From: a virus
Taxonomy: Duplodnaviria; Caudoviricetes
DNA length: 64,000 bases
Reading direction: 5' to 3' (one strand)
IMG/VR virus record: IMGVR_UViG_3300025410_000009
Shown: positions 18,218 through 27,926 of the stretch, in pieces
Layout: each line of letters starts with the position of its first letter
Numbering within the stretch: the stretch's first letter is position 1
The notes under the pieces: generated by a model
The model's input: only the letters and a program-made list of their open reading frames with translations
Told to the model about the DNA's origin: nothing
The model's database searches: none
Made by a program: the position numbers and the translations under genes

Positions 18218-19053
18218 CACGTGGCTATCTTACCTTTGCACAAAACAGTGGCGATTGCGATTATCTTACTATGGCCTATGCTCAAGCCTTGAGTATCAAA
18301 ACCACATGCAAGATCAATCAATATGCAGTGGTAGTAGATGCCTATACCGAATCCTTGATCACTGATCGTCATCGTGCAGTATTTGATCATGTAATACCAA
18401 TTCCGGGCACGGACGAAGCAGCCGGAGATACGTGGAAACTACGCAACGAGTGGAAAGCTCTTGCAGCAACACCGTTTGATGAAACTGTCAAACTGGAAGC
18501 CGACATGCTGATCACCACCAATATTGACTCGTGGTGGGACATAATGGCACAGCGCGATGTTTGTTTTACCACCACAGTATTGGACTATACCGGGCAGGTG
18601 TCCCATGACAGATCCTATAGAAAAGTATTTGATGACAACAATCTCGTGAATGTCTACACCGGATTCTTTTATTTTAATCGCAGCGACACTGCCCGCGAGC
18701 TGTTTGAGCATGCACGCCTGGTGTATGCCAATTGGCCCTTGTTTAGGGATCAAGTGTTGACCAACTGTAGAGAAAGTGAACCCAATACTGATTTGGTTTT
18801 CGCGATCGCAGCTCAGCTGATTGGGCCAGAACGTTGCTACGATCCTGCTGTGGCAGTACCGCGGTTCGCACACATGAAAGGTGCCATCAACGGGTGGGAC
18901 ATGAATGCCAATTGGATGGATTACGTATTGTACCAATTTGACAACACTGATCTTACAGTGGGATTTACACGACAACAAGCGCCGTTTCATTACTACCAAA
19001 AAAACTTTATCACACCTGAGATATTAAAAAATTATGAATCGTCCCTCGTTTAA
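18214..19053 (+). CDS. Glycosyltransferase-like protein (GT-A, GT8-like)
   Basis: PFDETVKLEADML, NVYTGFFYF, NTDLVFAIA and FAHMKG follow the GT8-like motif order. ATGA overlap with the upstream paralogue. Confidence 0.6.
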   Translation: MTRGYLTFAQNSGDCDYLTMAYAQALSIKTTCKINQYAVVVDAYTESLITDRHRAVFDHVIPIPGTDEAAGDTWKLRNEWKALAATPFDETVKLEADMLITTNIDSWWDIMAQRDVCFTTTVLDYTGQVSHDRSYRKVFDDNNLVNVYTGFFYFNRSDTARELFEHARLVYANWPLFRDQVLTNCRESEPNTDLVFAIAAQLIGPERCYDPAVAVPRFAHMKGAINGWDMNANWMDYVLYQFDNTDLTVGFTRQQAPFHYYQKNFITPEILKNYESSLV

Positions 19054-19372
19054 ACGACAGTCGGTGGTCCACGAATATCGTGTGTACTATGATCCCGTCA
19101 GCAAGGTGTGCACTGAGAAATCAGTGACCGAATTGCCCGATAACTCCAACTATGTCATAATTGATAAAACACTATATGACAGCATTGAATTTTGCAGCAA
19201 GTATCGAGTAATTGACGGCCGAGTAGAAAAAGCCGTTACCTATCCATCCAACATACGTTTAACCAAACAAGACACAGGACAGTTCCGTACAATAAAAAAC
19301 AACATGATATTTGTGGTCGGTGACGCATACACCGATCCTGTAGACCGTTGGGAGTATACTACAAATGACTAA
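19034..19372 (+). CDS. Hypothetical protein
   Basis: 112-aa ORF translationally coupled within the GT operon. Confidence 0.6.
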   Translation: MNRPSFKRQSVVHEYRVYYDPVSKVCTEKSVTELPDNSNYVIIDKTLYDSIEFCSKYRVIDGRVEKAVTYPSNIRLTKQDTGQFRTIKNNMIFVVGDAYTDPVDRWEYTTND

Positions 19373-20258
19373 GTTAGCTATAGAAGAATTAGATTGCGTT
19401 TACCTAAGTTACGACGAACCACAAAAAGAAGAATTTTGGGTTAGAATCAAAAACATGGTGCCATGGGCTGTGCGTGTTGATGGAGTCAAAGGTAGCGATG
19501 CGGCTCATAAAGCCGCAGCAGCAGCCAGCCAAACTGAACGATTTGTGCTAATAGATGGTGACAATATCCCCGATCCGGAATTTTTCAATCAATCGTTAAC
19601 ACTCACAGACAGCAATGAAGATCATGTGTTCCGCTGGCGTGCTAGAAACCATATCAACGGGCTAGTATACGGCAACGGTGGTATCAGCTGCTGGACTCGC
19701 GAGTTTGTTAACAGCATGCGTACTCATGAAGCCACTGATGGTAGAAGCCAAACACAAATAGAGTTTTGTTTTGATCCTAAGTATACAGCATTGCACAATT
19801 GTTACAGCACAACCTATCCCAACGGCACAGCGTTTCAAGCATGGAGAGCCGGGTTCCGCGAAGGTGTAAAAATGTGTACCGACCAAGGTGCCCGTGTTTC
19901 TCTAACCGAGTTTGAAAATCGTTTGTGGCACGGTAATCTTAAAAACTTGTATGTATGGCACAATGTGGGAGCCGATGTTGACCATGGTCCGGATGCCATT
20001 GCTGGTGCTAGATTGGGTACATATTTGACCATGTGCACTGACTGGGATTATAGGCAAGTGCAATCGTTTGATACCTTGCAGGCATTATACGACCAAGTCA
20101 ACCAATATGACATGAACGAGGTATCCACCATACTCAAGAAAAAGCTATCCTTACCGATAGCCAATATGGATGCTGATACCAGCAAATTCTTTAAATCATA
20201 TACACTTACACAGCACAAGAACGCAGACATAATGACACCGGCATTTTACGACGTCTAA
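19365..20258 (+). CDS. Glycosyltransferase-like protein (GT-A fold)
   Basis: DCVYLSYDEP...RVDGVKGSDAAHKAAA...FVLIDGDN (DxD). Paralogous to 20808..21710. Confidence 0.6.
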   Translation: MTKLAIEELDCVYLSYDEPQKEEFWVRIKNMVPWAVRVDGVKGSDAAHKAAAAASQTERFVLIDGDNIPDPEFFNQSLTLTDSNEDHVFRWRARNHINGLVYGNGGISCWTREFVNSMRTHEATDGRSQTQIEFCFDPKYTALHNCYSTTYPNGTAFQAWRAGFREGVKMCTDQGARVSLTEFENRLWHGNLKNLYVWHNVGADVDHGPDAIAGARLGTYLTMCTDWDYRQVQSFDTLQALYDQVNQYDMNEVSTILKKKLSLPIANMDADTSKFFKSYTLTQHKNADIMTPAFYDV

Positions 20259-20275
20259 GGTGTAAAAATCAGCAA

Positions 20276-20830
20276 TTACTTGGTGCCGATTAGCATGAAT
20301 CTTGTGAAAGACCAGTCGGGATATACAAAGTCCTTGGCGCCAACAAAATCCACTGTAGATAAATTGTAATCAGCTGCAAACTCTGCGGCTGTGTTGTAAC
20401 TGACACAGTGATCCTCGTGCGGCATGTTGTTTGATTGCAGGACCACTCGAGTGCCTGAGGGAATACTGTCAAACCAAGCACGTGAATCAAAGTGTTCGGT
20501 ACTGGTATTGATCACTATATCCACACCGTCGGGAAATATCATGGTGTTACAATCTCCAGTGAACGCTTTGAATTTCCACTGTTGCCAAACCCATAAATTG
20601 TTAATGTCGTCAGCTATGGCCTGGCATTCGGGATCTTGATCGATACTGCGTATGCTGTTTACTTTGAAATTCCCGCGACTCAACAACAAGAATGCAGTTA
20701 ATCCATACCAGCCGCCGCAGATGTAGGTTTGATTGGACGCCCATCCCAGGCGTTCTAGCTCTTCGCACAACCAAATCTTACTACCAATTTGGCCACTGCT
20801 AAACGCATCACTGTTTAAATTGCTGATCAT
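20276..20830 (-). CDS. Class I SAM-dependent methyltransferase-like protein
   Basis: YICGGWYG (motif I-like), IRSIDQD (acidic end of beta2) and DIVINTSTEH. Confidence 0.6.
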   Translation of the reverse strand: MISNLNSDAFSSGQIGSKIWLCEELERLGWASNQTYICGGWYGLTAFLLLSRGNFKVNSIRSIDQDPECQAIADDINNLWVWQQWKFKAFTGDCNTMIFPDGVDIVINTSTEHFDSRAWFDSIPSGTRVVLQSNNMPHEDHCVSYNTAAEFAADYNLSTVDFVGAKDFVYPDWSFTRFMLIGTK

Positions 20831-21710
20831 AAATTTCCTTTAACCACGCACGATCGTTGATTAATTTTAATTTTTCGGGATCATCGCGATGAGTGCGACC
20901 ATACTCTTCGCCCAGTTTGGCTCCAGCAATGGCATCAGCGCCGTAAGGTTGTTCTTGCCCAAAAGTCTGCCAGGATCTCAATCTAAATGCATTGTCGCTG
21001 CCGATTGAATTTTCAATTATGGCTGCTGCCAACTTGGCACACTCCCTAAAGGCACTGCGCCAAGTGCTGAACGAATCAGTATTGAATGCTGTGATGTTAC
21101 TGACTTGATCAATAGGTATCAATCCCGATGCCACCGACGAAGTGATATCTACATTGTTGGTATCGCTGTACATGACTTGTTGCTTGGGTAATACCTTAAC
21201 ACCGCCATATCCGTATGACAATCGATTAATGGGATTGATTGACCGGTAAACATACGCCGAGTTCCTGTTGAATATGTCTGGTGAAAAAGTGAAATCAAAT
21301 TCATCCACTAGGTATGCATCGCCATCGACTACAAAAAACATGTCGGTCTCGGCCAACTCGGCTGCAGCTCGATGTGCATTTAAAATACCAGCAACACCAT
21401 CAACTCGTTTGGCATTGGGTGCTTTTTGTAAAACTCTTTGCCAATTTTCCTCGGCATTGGATTCGTGATAACTGATAAACACCACATCCAACACTCGAGC
21501 ACATCGTGGGGCGACCGAGCCCATGTCTTTGGTTCCTGCACATGGGCCCTGAGACGGCACATGCCATACCCAAATTCGATCGGGCGAGCTGGTAAATGCC
21601 GGATCTAGGTACCAAACATGATCATACTTGGCATCCCATTCAGGCACAACATAATTGGGAATGTCAAATAATCTTGGCAAACTGTCATTGAGTTCAAATG
21701 TTATTATCAT
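20808..21710 (-). CDS. Glycosyltransferase-like protein (GT-A fold)
   Basis: Start reassigned to MIITFELND (21710). DVVFISYHES...RVDGVAGILNAHRAAA...FFVVDGDA, WRSAFRECAKL and AIAGAKLG match 19365..20258. Confidence 0.6.
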   Translation of the reverse strand: MIITFELNDSLPRLFDIPNYVVPEWDAKYDHVWYLDPAFTSSPDRIWVWHVPSQGPCAGTKDMGSVAPRCARVLDVVFISYHESNAEENWQRVLQKAPNAKRVDGVAGILNAHRAAAELAETDMFFVVDGDAYLVDEFDFTFSPDIFNRNSAYVYRSINPINRLSYGYGGVKVLPKQQVMYSDTNNVDITSSVASGLIPIDQVSNITAFNTDSFSTWRSAFRECAKLAAAIIENSIGSDNAFRLRSWQTFGQEQPYGADAIAGAKLGEEYGRTHRDDPEKLKLINDRAWLKEIYDQQFKQ

Positions 21711-22671
21711 TGATGCGACTCGACCAAAATGGGCTGGTTTTAAACCAGTTGTGGTATCTGCGGAAACCTTCTGCAACATCAACCTGGGGATTGAAATCAA
21801 AGTCCCTACGGGCAGCATCAATGTTTAATGCACCACGGCTAGGGAAATCTAGATCGCGATTGCCGACTTCAATTGATCCTGAACCGGCAATGGACACAGC
21901 CAGTTCGGCAGCCTGTAATAGGGTAGTACTGTTGCTCTTGGTAATGTTATAAATTTTGTTTCGTGCTTGATCATTCGTGGAAGCAGCAGCAATACCGTGA
22001 GCTGCATCTTCAACATAGGTAAAGTCTAATTTTTCGTACGCACCATTGACCTTGAGCACTTGTCCGCGCATGGCTGCTAGCATGAATTTACTGATCACAC
22101 GATCTTCAACATCAAGCTCGCCATATACTGCACTGGGGCGAACAATCACATGATCAAAACATCTACGACGAGTGTAGTCTTGTACCAGGCGTTCGCCCAT
22201 GAGTTTCATGATACCGTACTGTCCTTGTGGGCGGCATTCAAAATCTTCACCAACATCGCTAACAAAATCTCCATACACCATACTGCTACTGACGTAGATG
22301 AATTTTTGTATTGCGTATTTTTTGCTGACTTCCAGCAGGTTAATCAAGCCAGTGCACATGACTTCACTAGCTTCAGCTGGATTAACATTGACCACTTTTT
22401 GTCTAGGAAAGCTGGCCAAATGTATCACTATGTTGGGCTTGAATTTGGCAAAAGTATCGTCTAAACGCCCGGCATCTCTGATGTCGTAAGTGACCAAGGT
22501 GCCAGTAAAGGTTTTAAGACGTTCGTCAACCAAGTAGCGCAACTCGTCAGAATTGACAAAACCGTAATCGGTCAAGCTGTCTACTACACAGCAATCGTGT
22601 CCTTGTTCGGTTAGAATACGTGTGACATGGTGCCCGATAAAACCTGCACCACCAGTTAAAAGAATTTTCAT
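21694..22671 (-). CDS. NAD-dependent nucleotide-sugar epimerase/dehydratase (extended SDR)
   Basis: GGAGFIG, HLAS, SSSMVYG and catalytic YGIMK (YxxxK). Confidence 0.92.
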   Translation of the reverse strand: MKILLTGGAGFIGHHVTRILTEQGHDCCVVDSLTDYGFVNSDELRYLVDERLKTFTGTLVTYDIRDAGRLDDTFAKFKPNIVIHLASFPRQKVVNVNPAEASEVMCTGLINLLEVSKKYAIQKFIYVSSSMVYGDFVSDVGEDFECRPQGQYGIMKLMGERLVQDYTRRRCFDHVIVRPSAVYGELDVEDRVISKFMLAAMRGQVLKVNGAYEKLDFTYVEDAAHGIAAASTNDQARNKIYNITKSNSTTLLQAAELAVSIAGSGSIEVGNRDLDFPSRGALNIDAARRDFDFNPQVDVAEGFRRYHNWFKTSPFWSSRINDNNI

Positions 22672-23570
22672 ACAGCCATCCTTGCATCAATTTTAGACCA
22701 GCTGGTGTAGCCGTCTAGGCGTATATCCGCCATGGTAAATTTAGTAATATCTCGAATTTCGGGGTTAAGCCAAAGTCGTGGGGCAGGTAAGGGTTCACGC
22801 CTTAATTGCTCTTTTACCTGCTCTATGTGATTCAAATATATATGGGCGTCGCCGAGTACGTGAACGAACTCGCCTACATCAAGATCGCACACTTGAGCGA
22901 TCATGGCCGTTAGCAAACTGTAGCTGGCTATGTTAAAGGGTACACCCAAAAACATATCGCAGGACCTTTGATACATTTGACACGACAACCGATTACCGGC
23001 CACATAAAACTGAGCAAGAACATGACACGGTGGGAGAGCCATCTGATCTAACTCTCCAGGATTCCATGCTGATAAGATATGTCTTCGTCCGTATGGGTCC
23101 TGCTTAATGCCCTCAATCAGGGCCAACAACTGATCAACTTCTTTGTAAAAAGGATCAAACCAAGTCTTGCCGTAATCGTCGTCGATGTCAGCAGGTGCAT
23201 TGGGCACATGTGTACGCCAGTGGCGCCATTGCACTCCATAAATCCTGCCTAAATCGCCTGAGTATTTAGCCTTACTGGCCCAATATGGCGCTGTGGCATT
23301 GTCGGACCAAATGGTTGTCTTGCTAGACTCGGCGCTACCATGTAAGATCTCTCGCAGCCGCTTTTCGTCCCCGGACCCTTCAATGAACCACAGCAATTCT
23401 GAAACAACACTACGCCAGGCCAGTTGCTTGGTGGTAACTGCTGGGAAGCCTTGTTGCAAATCATATCTCTGTTGCCGACCAAACACACTGATGGTACCAG
23501 TCCCGGTCCGATCGTCGCGTTGTTGGCCGTTGTCTAATACATCTTGCAACAATTCTAAATATTGTTTCAT
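22668..23570 (-). CDS. thyA: Thymidylate synthase
   Basis: DDRTGTGT, ELLWF, ALPPCH and YQRSCDMFLGVPFNIASY. The dUMP-specifying Asn is retained. Confidence 0.97.
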   Translation of the reverse strand: MKQYLELLQDVLDNGQQRDDRTGTGTISVFGRQQRYDLQQGFPAVTTKQLAWRSVVSELLWFIEGSGDEKRLREILHGSAESSKTTIWSDNATAPYWASKAKYSGDLGRIYGVQWRHWRTHVPNAPADIDDDYGKTWFDPFYKEVDQLLALIEGIKQDPYGRRHILSAWNPGELDQMALPPCHVLAQFYVAGNRLSCQMYQRSCDMFLGVPFNIASYSLLTAMIAQVCDLDVGEFVHVLGDAHIYLNHIEQVKEQLRREPLPAPRLWLNPEIRDITKFTMADIRLDGYTSWSKIDARMAV

Positions 23571-23911
23571 AAGTCTTTTAAAAAGTTATCAGTTATCGGC
23601 TGTAACACTTTGGCCACATCATCAACACTGACATAAAAGTCAACATCTTGAATATACTGATCCAGTTGTTCAAGTTTGTCATTAAGGAACTCTTGCACTT
23701 CAATCTCGGTATTGCCCGAGGACAACAATTCCTTGATGTCAATACTCACCTGAGTGCCGTCAATTAAATTGACTGTGAGTGATTCCAATACACCGATTGG
23801 AACCTCAACTTTTTTGACACTCCTGATTATCTTTTCCCACTTGTCGCGGGAATTGACATTAAGCCGCCGGCGCTTTGGCTTTTTTGGTTTTGGCAGCTCT
23901 TGGTTTGACAT
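23567..23911 (-). CDS. Hypothetical protein
   Basis: 114-aa ORF with 4-nt overlap to the thyA start. Confidence 0.65.
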   Translation of the reverse strand: MSNQELPKPKKPKRRRLNVNSRDKWEKIIRSVKKVEVPIGVLESLTVNLIDGTQVSIDIKELLSSGNTEIEVQEFLNDKLEQLDQYIQDVDFYVSVDDVAKVLQPITDNFLKDL

Positions 23912-24527
23912 TTGATGTAGGATCTAAAGTTGCTGCCTCTTTAATCAATCTTTCAGCCTCAAGAAGCAACTGTGCGGCATTGGCTTTCATTGCTTCAGCT
24001 TGTGATAAACGGCTACGAGCCAAGTCGGCATCTGTTAATACATCACCGACGCTATCAACTTCAGCTGGAAGCGATCTACTTGCTGGGCTTACACCCAATT
24101 CCTTGGGTTCAGCTTTTCTTTTCTTGTTGGTAAATCCGCTGTTCTTGTCAAGTTCAGCTAGACGTCGAATTGCTTCTTCGCCTTGAGCCATTTCGTTAAG
24201 GATACTGTTTAATTCATCCAAACGAATTTTGCTTGCTGGAGTTGGAGTCACAATGACTTGATTGGTTGGGATCTTCTTCATGAGACGATCTTTATGCAAT
24301 GCTTCTAGGCAATTGCGACCATCCGGCATCATGTTTCTGAACAAGGCATCGCTAAAGTTTTCGGCCTGTTGACCCACTGGGCTTTCTAGTACTTTCATGA
24401 CTGCATCGTGATACAGTCTTGGCAGTAGATCACTATATACCACCAGGCACATATGATCCTCGCCGGGAACTTCTCTAAATAAAATTACAATTTTTTTATC
24501 GCCGTGTCGGCCTATGTGCTTTAACAT
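23859..24527 (-). CDS. Hypothetical protein with C-terminal coiled coil
   Basis: 222-aa ORF with an upstream AAGGA Shine-Dalgarno. Confidence 0.7.
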   Translation of the reverse strand: MLKHIGRHGDKKIVILFREVPGEDHMCLVVYSDLLPRLYHDAVMKVLESPVGQQAENFSDALFRNMMPDGRNCLEALHKDRLMKKIPTNQVIVTPTPASKIRLDELNSILNEMAQGEEAIRRLAELDKNSGFTNKKRKAEPKELGVSPASRSLPAEVDSVGDVLTDADLARSRLSQAEAMKANAAQLLLEAERLIKEAATLDPTSNVKPRAAKTKKAKAPAA

Positions 24528-24536
24528 ACGATGTCC

Positions 24537-24767
24537 TTATTCGGTTGTTGGTGTGCTGTCGGGTTTCTTTAGTGCACCGGTCGAATCCAAGAAAGCATAC
24601 AAGCGATCGTACAAACCGCCGACGCCGCTTAATTCCTCGGCTCTAAATGCACCGCGCTGACTGCAAGTGCTGATGATTTGAATCACGTTGACTAAATCTT
24701 GTAGATTTAGCGAAGGCTTCTGAGCTTCTTCGGGTGTTTCGGATTGAAGGTTAACATTATCGGTCAT
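24537..24767 (-). CDS. Hypothetical protein
   Basis: Start MTDNV preceded by GGAG and an upstream TAAATA. Confidence 0.65.
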   Translation of the reverse strand: MTDNVNLQSETPEEAQKPSLNLQDLVNVIQIISTCSQRGAFRAEELSGVGGLYDRLYAFLDSTGALKKPDSTPTTE

Positions 24768-24829
24768 TGATATCTCCATATTAGACTCTAACTATATTTA
24801 CATATAGTTAAGCATGGAGATAATTTTTC

Positions 24830-25129
24830 TTACCAGACCGGACCGGTATCGCGGTTGATTTGATCCAACATGAGTGCAAAGTAGCTGGCCTCGCTGTGCC
24901 GCTCAAACGCCACACAGAACTGCATGTCAATGCCAGACCGATTATTAGATGACACATATACTGTGCCAAGATAAAATCTACCTTCTAGATTGGTGTACAC
25001 CCAATCAGAAATTTCCTTGGAATCAACACGTAGATCAAAATACACCCGCTCAAAATGAGGAGGACAATGTGCAACTGTCCTCAATCCAAAAACATTTAAC
25101 GGGTTGACTTCACCGTGTGCCAGCATCAC
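24830..25129 (-). CDS. Hypothetical protein
   Basis: 99-aa ORF coupled to the upstream ORF by an ATGA overlap. Confidence 0.6.
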   Translation of the reverse strand: MMLAHGEVNPLNVFGLRTVAHCPPHFERVYFDLRVDSKEISDWVYTNLEGRFYLGTVYVSSNNRSGIDMQFCVAFERHSEASYFALMLDQINRDTGPVW

Positions 25130-25380
25130 TCAAAAATTCTAACTTTGAGATCTTGGTTCTCACCTGGCACTGGTATCACCAAACGATCCACCAACTGCTC
25201 GTTTGCGGCAATACGGAAATTCTCTACCAGCTGATACTGTCCGCTAAATTGTGCAATTTCTATTGCACGTGCCAAGTCGTCAAGTGCCTGTTCTCGATTG
25301 AGCAACCGCTCTTGTAGCTCGGCAATGATTTTACGTGCCTCGGTAACTTTTCTTAGAGTGGATGGGTCAATTAGGTCCAT
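25126..25380 (-). CDS. Hypothetical coiled-coil protein
   Basis: 84-aa ORF with AGGA RBS. Confidence 0.6.
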   Translation of the reverse strand: MDLIDPSTLRKVTEARKIIAELQERLLNREQALDDLARAIEIAQFSGQYQLVENFRIAANEQLVDRLVIPVPGENQDLKVRIFE

Positions 25381-25392
25381 GATGTTTCCTGT

Positions 25393-26658
25393 TTAGTTTG
25401 TTTTCTTGTTGTCGTAGTGAGCCCAAATACCAAACTCGGGTTCGGCACTGGGATTGTCTTTGATGATCCAAACTGTATCGCAGTAGTCCTGAACTTCTTC
25501 AGGACTCCAACCATAAAAGCAGTAGTCAGTGAACATGATCAACTTGTTGGGTTGCATGTCGTTTTCTTGTAGCCAACGCCATACACAATGTGGGTCAGTG
25601 CCACCACCGCCTCCGGGCACATACTCGGTGATGTCTTCGCCGGTGTCGCTGGTAAACAATTTGGGATTATACACTTCGGTATCCCAAGTCATAATGTGTA
25701 CACGATAGTCTTGGTAAGTGTCCATGATACCTTTGACTTCGCTAAGGAACAAGCGCAAGTCATCGTCAGAGATACTGCCTGATGTGTCAATAGCCACACA
25801 TACGTCAATGGTGTTCTCGGGCTTCATGCCGGGCATGACAGCGTCCATGTGCCAACCGCGACGGCTGGGGCGAGCCCAAGTGTAATCACTTTTGATGGTG
25901 CTTTGAATTTGTTGTTGCAACAGTTCACGCCAGTTCACTACAGGAGCAGTCAAGTCCTTGATCATGCGCTGAACATTGCCGGGCACATTGCCGGCACCTG
26001 CGGCATTGGCTGCTGCCAGTACAGCTTCTTTGACTTCATCACGAATGGCCTTGCGTTCTTCTTTGGTGAGTTTGGGCCGACCATTGCCTTTGTCGTTGCC
26101 GTCACCATCGCCGTCGCCTTCGTCATCATCACCAAGGTGATCGTCCAACACCTGTTGTGCCAATTTCTTGATGTCAATCTTGTCGGCATTCTTGTAAAGA
26201 TCGTCGTAGACTTCTTCGGCACTCCAGCCATTGTATTTGGTGTTATGCAAAATACCAACCTTGGTGATCTTGTCACCAATGCGTTGAGAGATTAGGTCAC
26301 TGTTGACACAATAGTCATCGGCAATGTTCCACAATTGTGGATCGCGATCACCCCGGCGTCCCATGTGATCATATACCACATGCAACACTTCGTGACCAAA
26401 CAAGAATTCAGTTTCTTTAACACTTAGGCTGGCAATGAACTCGCTGTTGTAATAGAAGTGACGCCCTTCAGTGGCTGCGGTGGGACACCATGCATCAGCA
26501 TTGGTAATGATAAGACGAGTAGCCAAGTTACCAAAAAACGGAGCACGTAACAGCAATCCAATACGTGCCGTAATCAGTTTTTCACGACTGGCAGCATCAG
26601 TTTTGGGATTGGTTACAGTGACTACTTTTGTCTTTTCGGATAAGGTGGTATCGCTCAT
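25393..26658 (-). CDS. Metallopeptidase (HExxH) + VWA-like domain protein (DUF2201-type)
   Basis: FGHEVLHVVYDH (HExxH), acidic linker, MIDAS motif AIDTSGS and GGGGTD. Adjacent to an AAA+ ATPase. Confidence 0.85.
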   Translation of the reverse strand: MSDTTLSEKTKVVTVTNPKTDAASREKLITARIGLLLRAPFFGNLATRLIITNADAWCPTAATEGRHFYYNSEFIASLSVKETEFLFGHEVLHVVYDHMGRRGDRDPQLWNIADDYCVNSDLISQRIGDKITKVGILHNTKYNGWSAEEVYDDLYKNADKIDIKKLAQQVLDDHLGDDDEGDGDGDGNDKGNGRPKLTKEERKAIRDEVKEAVLAAANAAGAGNVPGNVQRMIKDLTAPVVNWRELLQQQIQSTIKSDYTWARPSRRGWHMDAVMPGMKPENTIDVCVAIDTSGSISDDDLRLFLSEVKGIMDTYQDYRVHIMTWDTEVYNPKLFTSDTGEDITEYVPGGGGGTDPHCVWRWLQENDMQPNKLIMFTDYCFYGWSPEEVQDYCDTVWIIKDNPSAEPEFGIWAHYDNKKTN

Positions 26659-26679
26659 GTGTGTTCCTTGTTAGCCTTT

Positions 26680-26708
26680 ATTATAGCACAAAACAATAAC
26701 CCGGTCAA
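26680..26708 (-). promoter_or_regulatory. sigma70-type promoter TTGACC-N17-TATAAT
   Basis: Upstream of the VWA/peptidase gene. The -35 lies inside the terminator hairpin. Confidence 0.75.
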
Positions 26709-26722
26709 GTGCCGGGTTATTG
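26694..26722 (-). terminator. Intrinsic terminator after the AAA+ gene
   Basis: 11-bp stem CAATAACCCGG/CCGGGTTATTG followed by TTTT on the - strand. Confidence 0.75.
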
Positions 26723-26726
26723 CTGT

Positions 26727-27833
26727 TTACTTGGCGCTAGCAGCCAAAATATACTTGCCAAATCGTTTGTGGAACTCGGCAAAACTAGAAATCTTGCCAG
26801 GCACAAACGGTAAGCCGTATGTGGTAAGTGCAACACGAGCACCCATAACCACAAGCTCGGTAGTAAAGTTATCCATCATGAAACGGAAGAAGTTGTCGGC
26901 TTGTGGGTGCCAGTCAGCCAGCTTGCCTTCAGCATTGAGTTTGGTGTACGAATCTTGCAATTCGTAGCACAGGCTAATGGTCAAACTGTAGCAGGCACTG
27001 ACTTCTTTGGTCTTGAGTTCTTTGACCTTGCCGCTCAAGACATCACGGGGCTCGGGCATCTGATCAGACACTTTGCGGTGTGCCATGAACTTGACAGCAA
27101 GACCTTCGCCAATTGTGCCAGCAATAAGGTCCATGTTGGTGCTGTCGTTGTTGCCATCTTCCAACAACTCGCTCACAAAGGTCCATGAGCGTGGTGTAGC
27201 AAAACTACGACCTGAACTACGTGGGTCAAAGTCGTACAAGTCTTGCTTGGCAAAACTCAAGTAACCCACCACGTCTTTGTGGATCTTGTTGTTGACAGCC
27301 CACACTTGCCAAGAATCAAAGTCGGGACGCATTTCTAAGTGAACAAAACGATTTGCCAACGGAGTAGGCATACGGTAGCTGATGCCCTTGTCACTCTCGC
27401 GATTGCCTGCGGCCACGATGACAACATTGTCAGGCAACTTGTACTTACCGACTCGGCGATTCAAAATCAATTGAAACGCGGCACCTTGTACAGCTGGTGC
27501 GGCTTGGTTCATTTCGTCCAAGAACAAGATCACAATGGGATGCTGAGCAGCCATCTCTTCGTCAGGCAGTTCCACAGGAGGAGCCCAATCCATCTTGCCG
27601 CTGTCGCGATTGAAAAACGGAATACCACGGATGTCAGTGGGCTCCATTTGACCCAGGCGCAAGTCGATAGTGATACCGCCCAGTTCTTCGCCAATGCCGG
27701 CCACCAACTCACTCTTGCCAATGCCGGGAGGGCCCCACAAGAACAAGGGACGCTGTTTCTTAAAACAGCGCAAGATGCCGTTGCGGGCATCAACTGCGGT
27801 GACTGTACGGGTTTCACTGATTGCTGTAGACAT
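26727..27833 (-). CDS. MoxR/dynein-related AAA+ ATPase
   Basis: Walker A GPPGIGKS, Walker B ILFLDEMN, AAGNR, PLANRF and TPRSW. Confidence 0.92.
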   Translation of the reverse strand: MSTAISETRTVTAVDARNGILRCFKKQRPLFLWGPPGIGKSELVAGIGEELGGITIDLRLGQMEPTDIRGIPFFNRDSGKMDWAPPVELPDEEMAAQHPIVILFLDEMNQAAPAVQGAAFQLILNRRVGKYKLPDNVVIVAAGNRESDKGISYRMPTPLANRFVHLEMRPDFDSWQVWAVNNKIHKDVVGYLSFAKQDLYDFDPRSSGRSFATPRSWTFVSELLEDGNNDSTNMDLIAGTIGEGLAVKFMAHRKVSDQMPEPRDVLSGKVKELKTKEVSACYSLTISLCYELQDSYTKLNAEGKLADWHPQADNFFRFMMDNFTTELVVMGARVALTTYGLPFVPGKISSFAEFHKRFGKYILAASAK

Positions 27834-27863
27834 TAAATACTCCTGGGTTTAAAACAATAACGT

Positions 27864-27892
27864 ATTATACGACAAATACAAAACCCTGTCAA
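27864..27892 (-). promoter_or_regulatory. sigma70 consensus promoter TTGACA-N17-TATAAT
   Basis: Exact consensus upstream of the AAA+ gene (AGGAG RBS). Confidence 0.9.
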
Positions 27893-27926
27893 TCGTAGGG
27901 TTATTGGTGTTGTATTTTTGCAACAC

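Noticed and set aside
22668-23570. thyA as a dCMP hydroxymethylase supplying hmC for the glycosyltransferase
   Set aside because: It retains the dUMP-specifying Asn (VPFN) and all canonical ThyA motifs.
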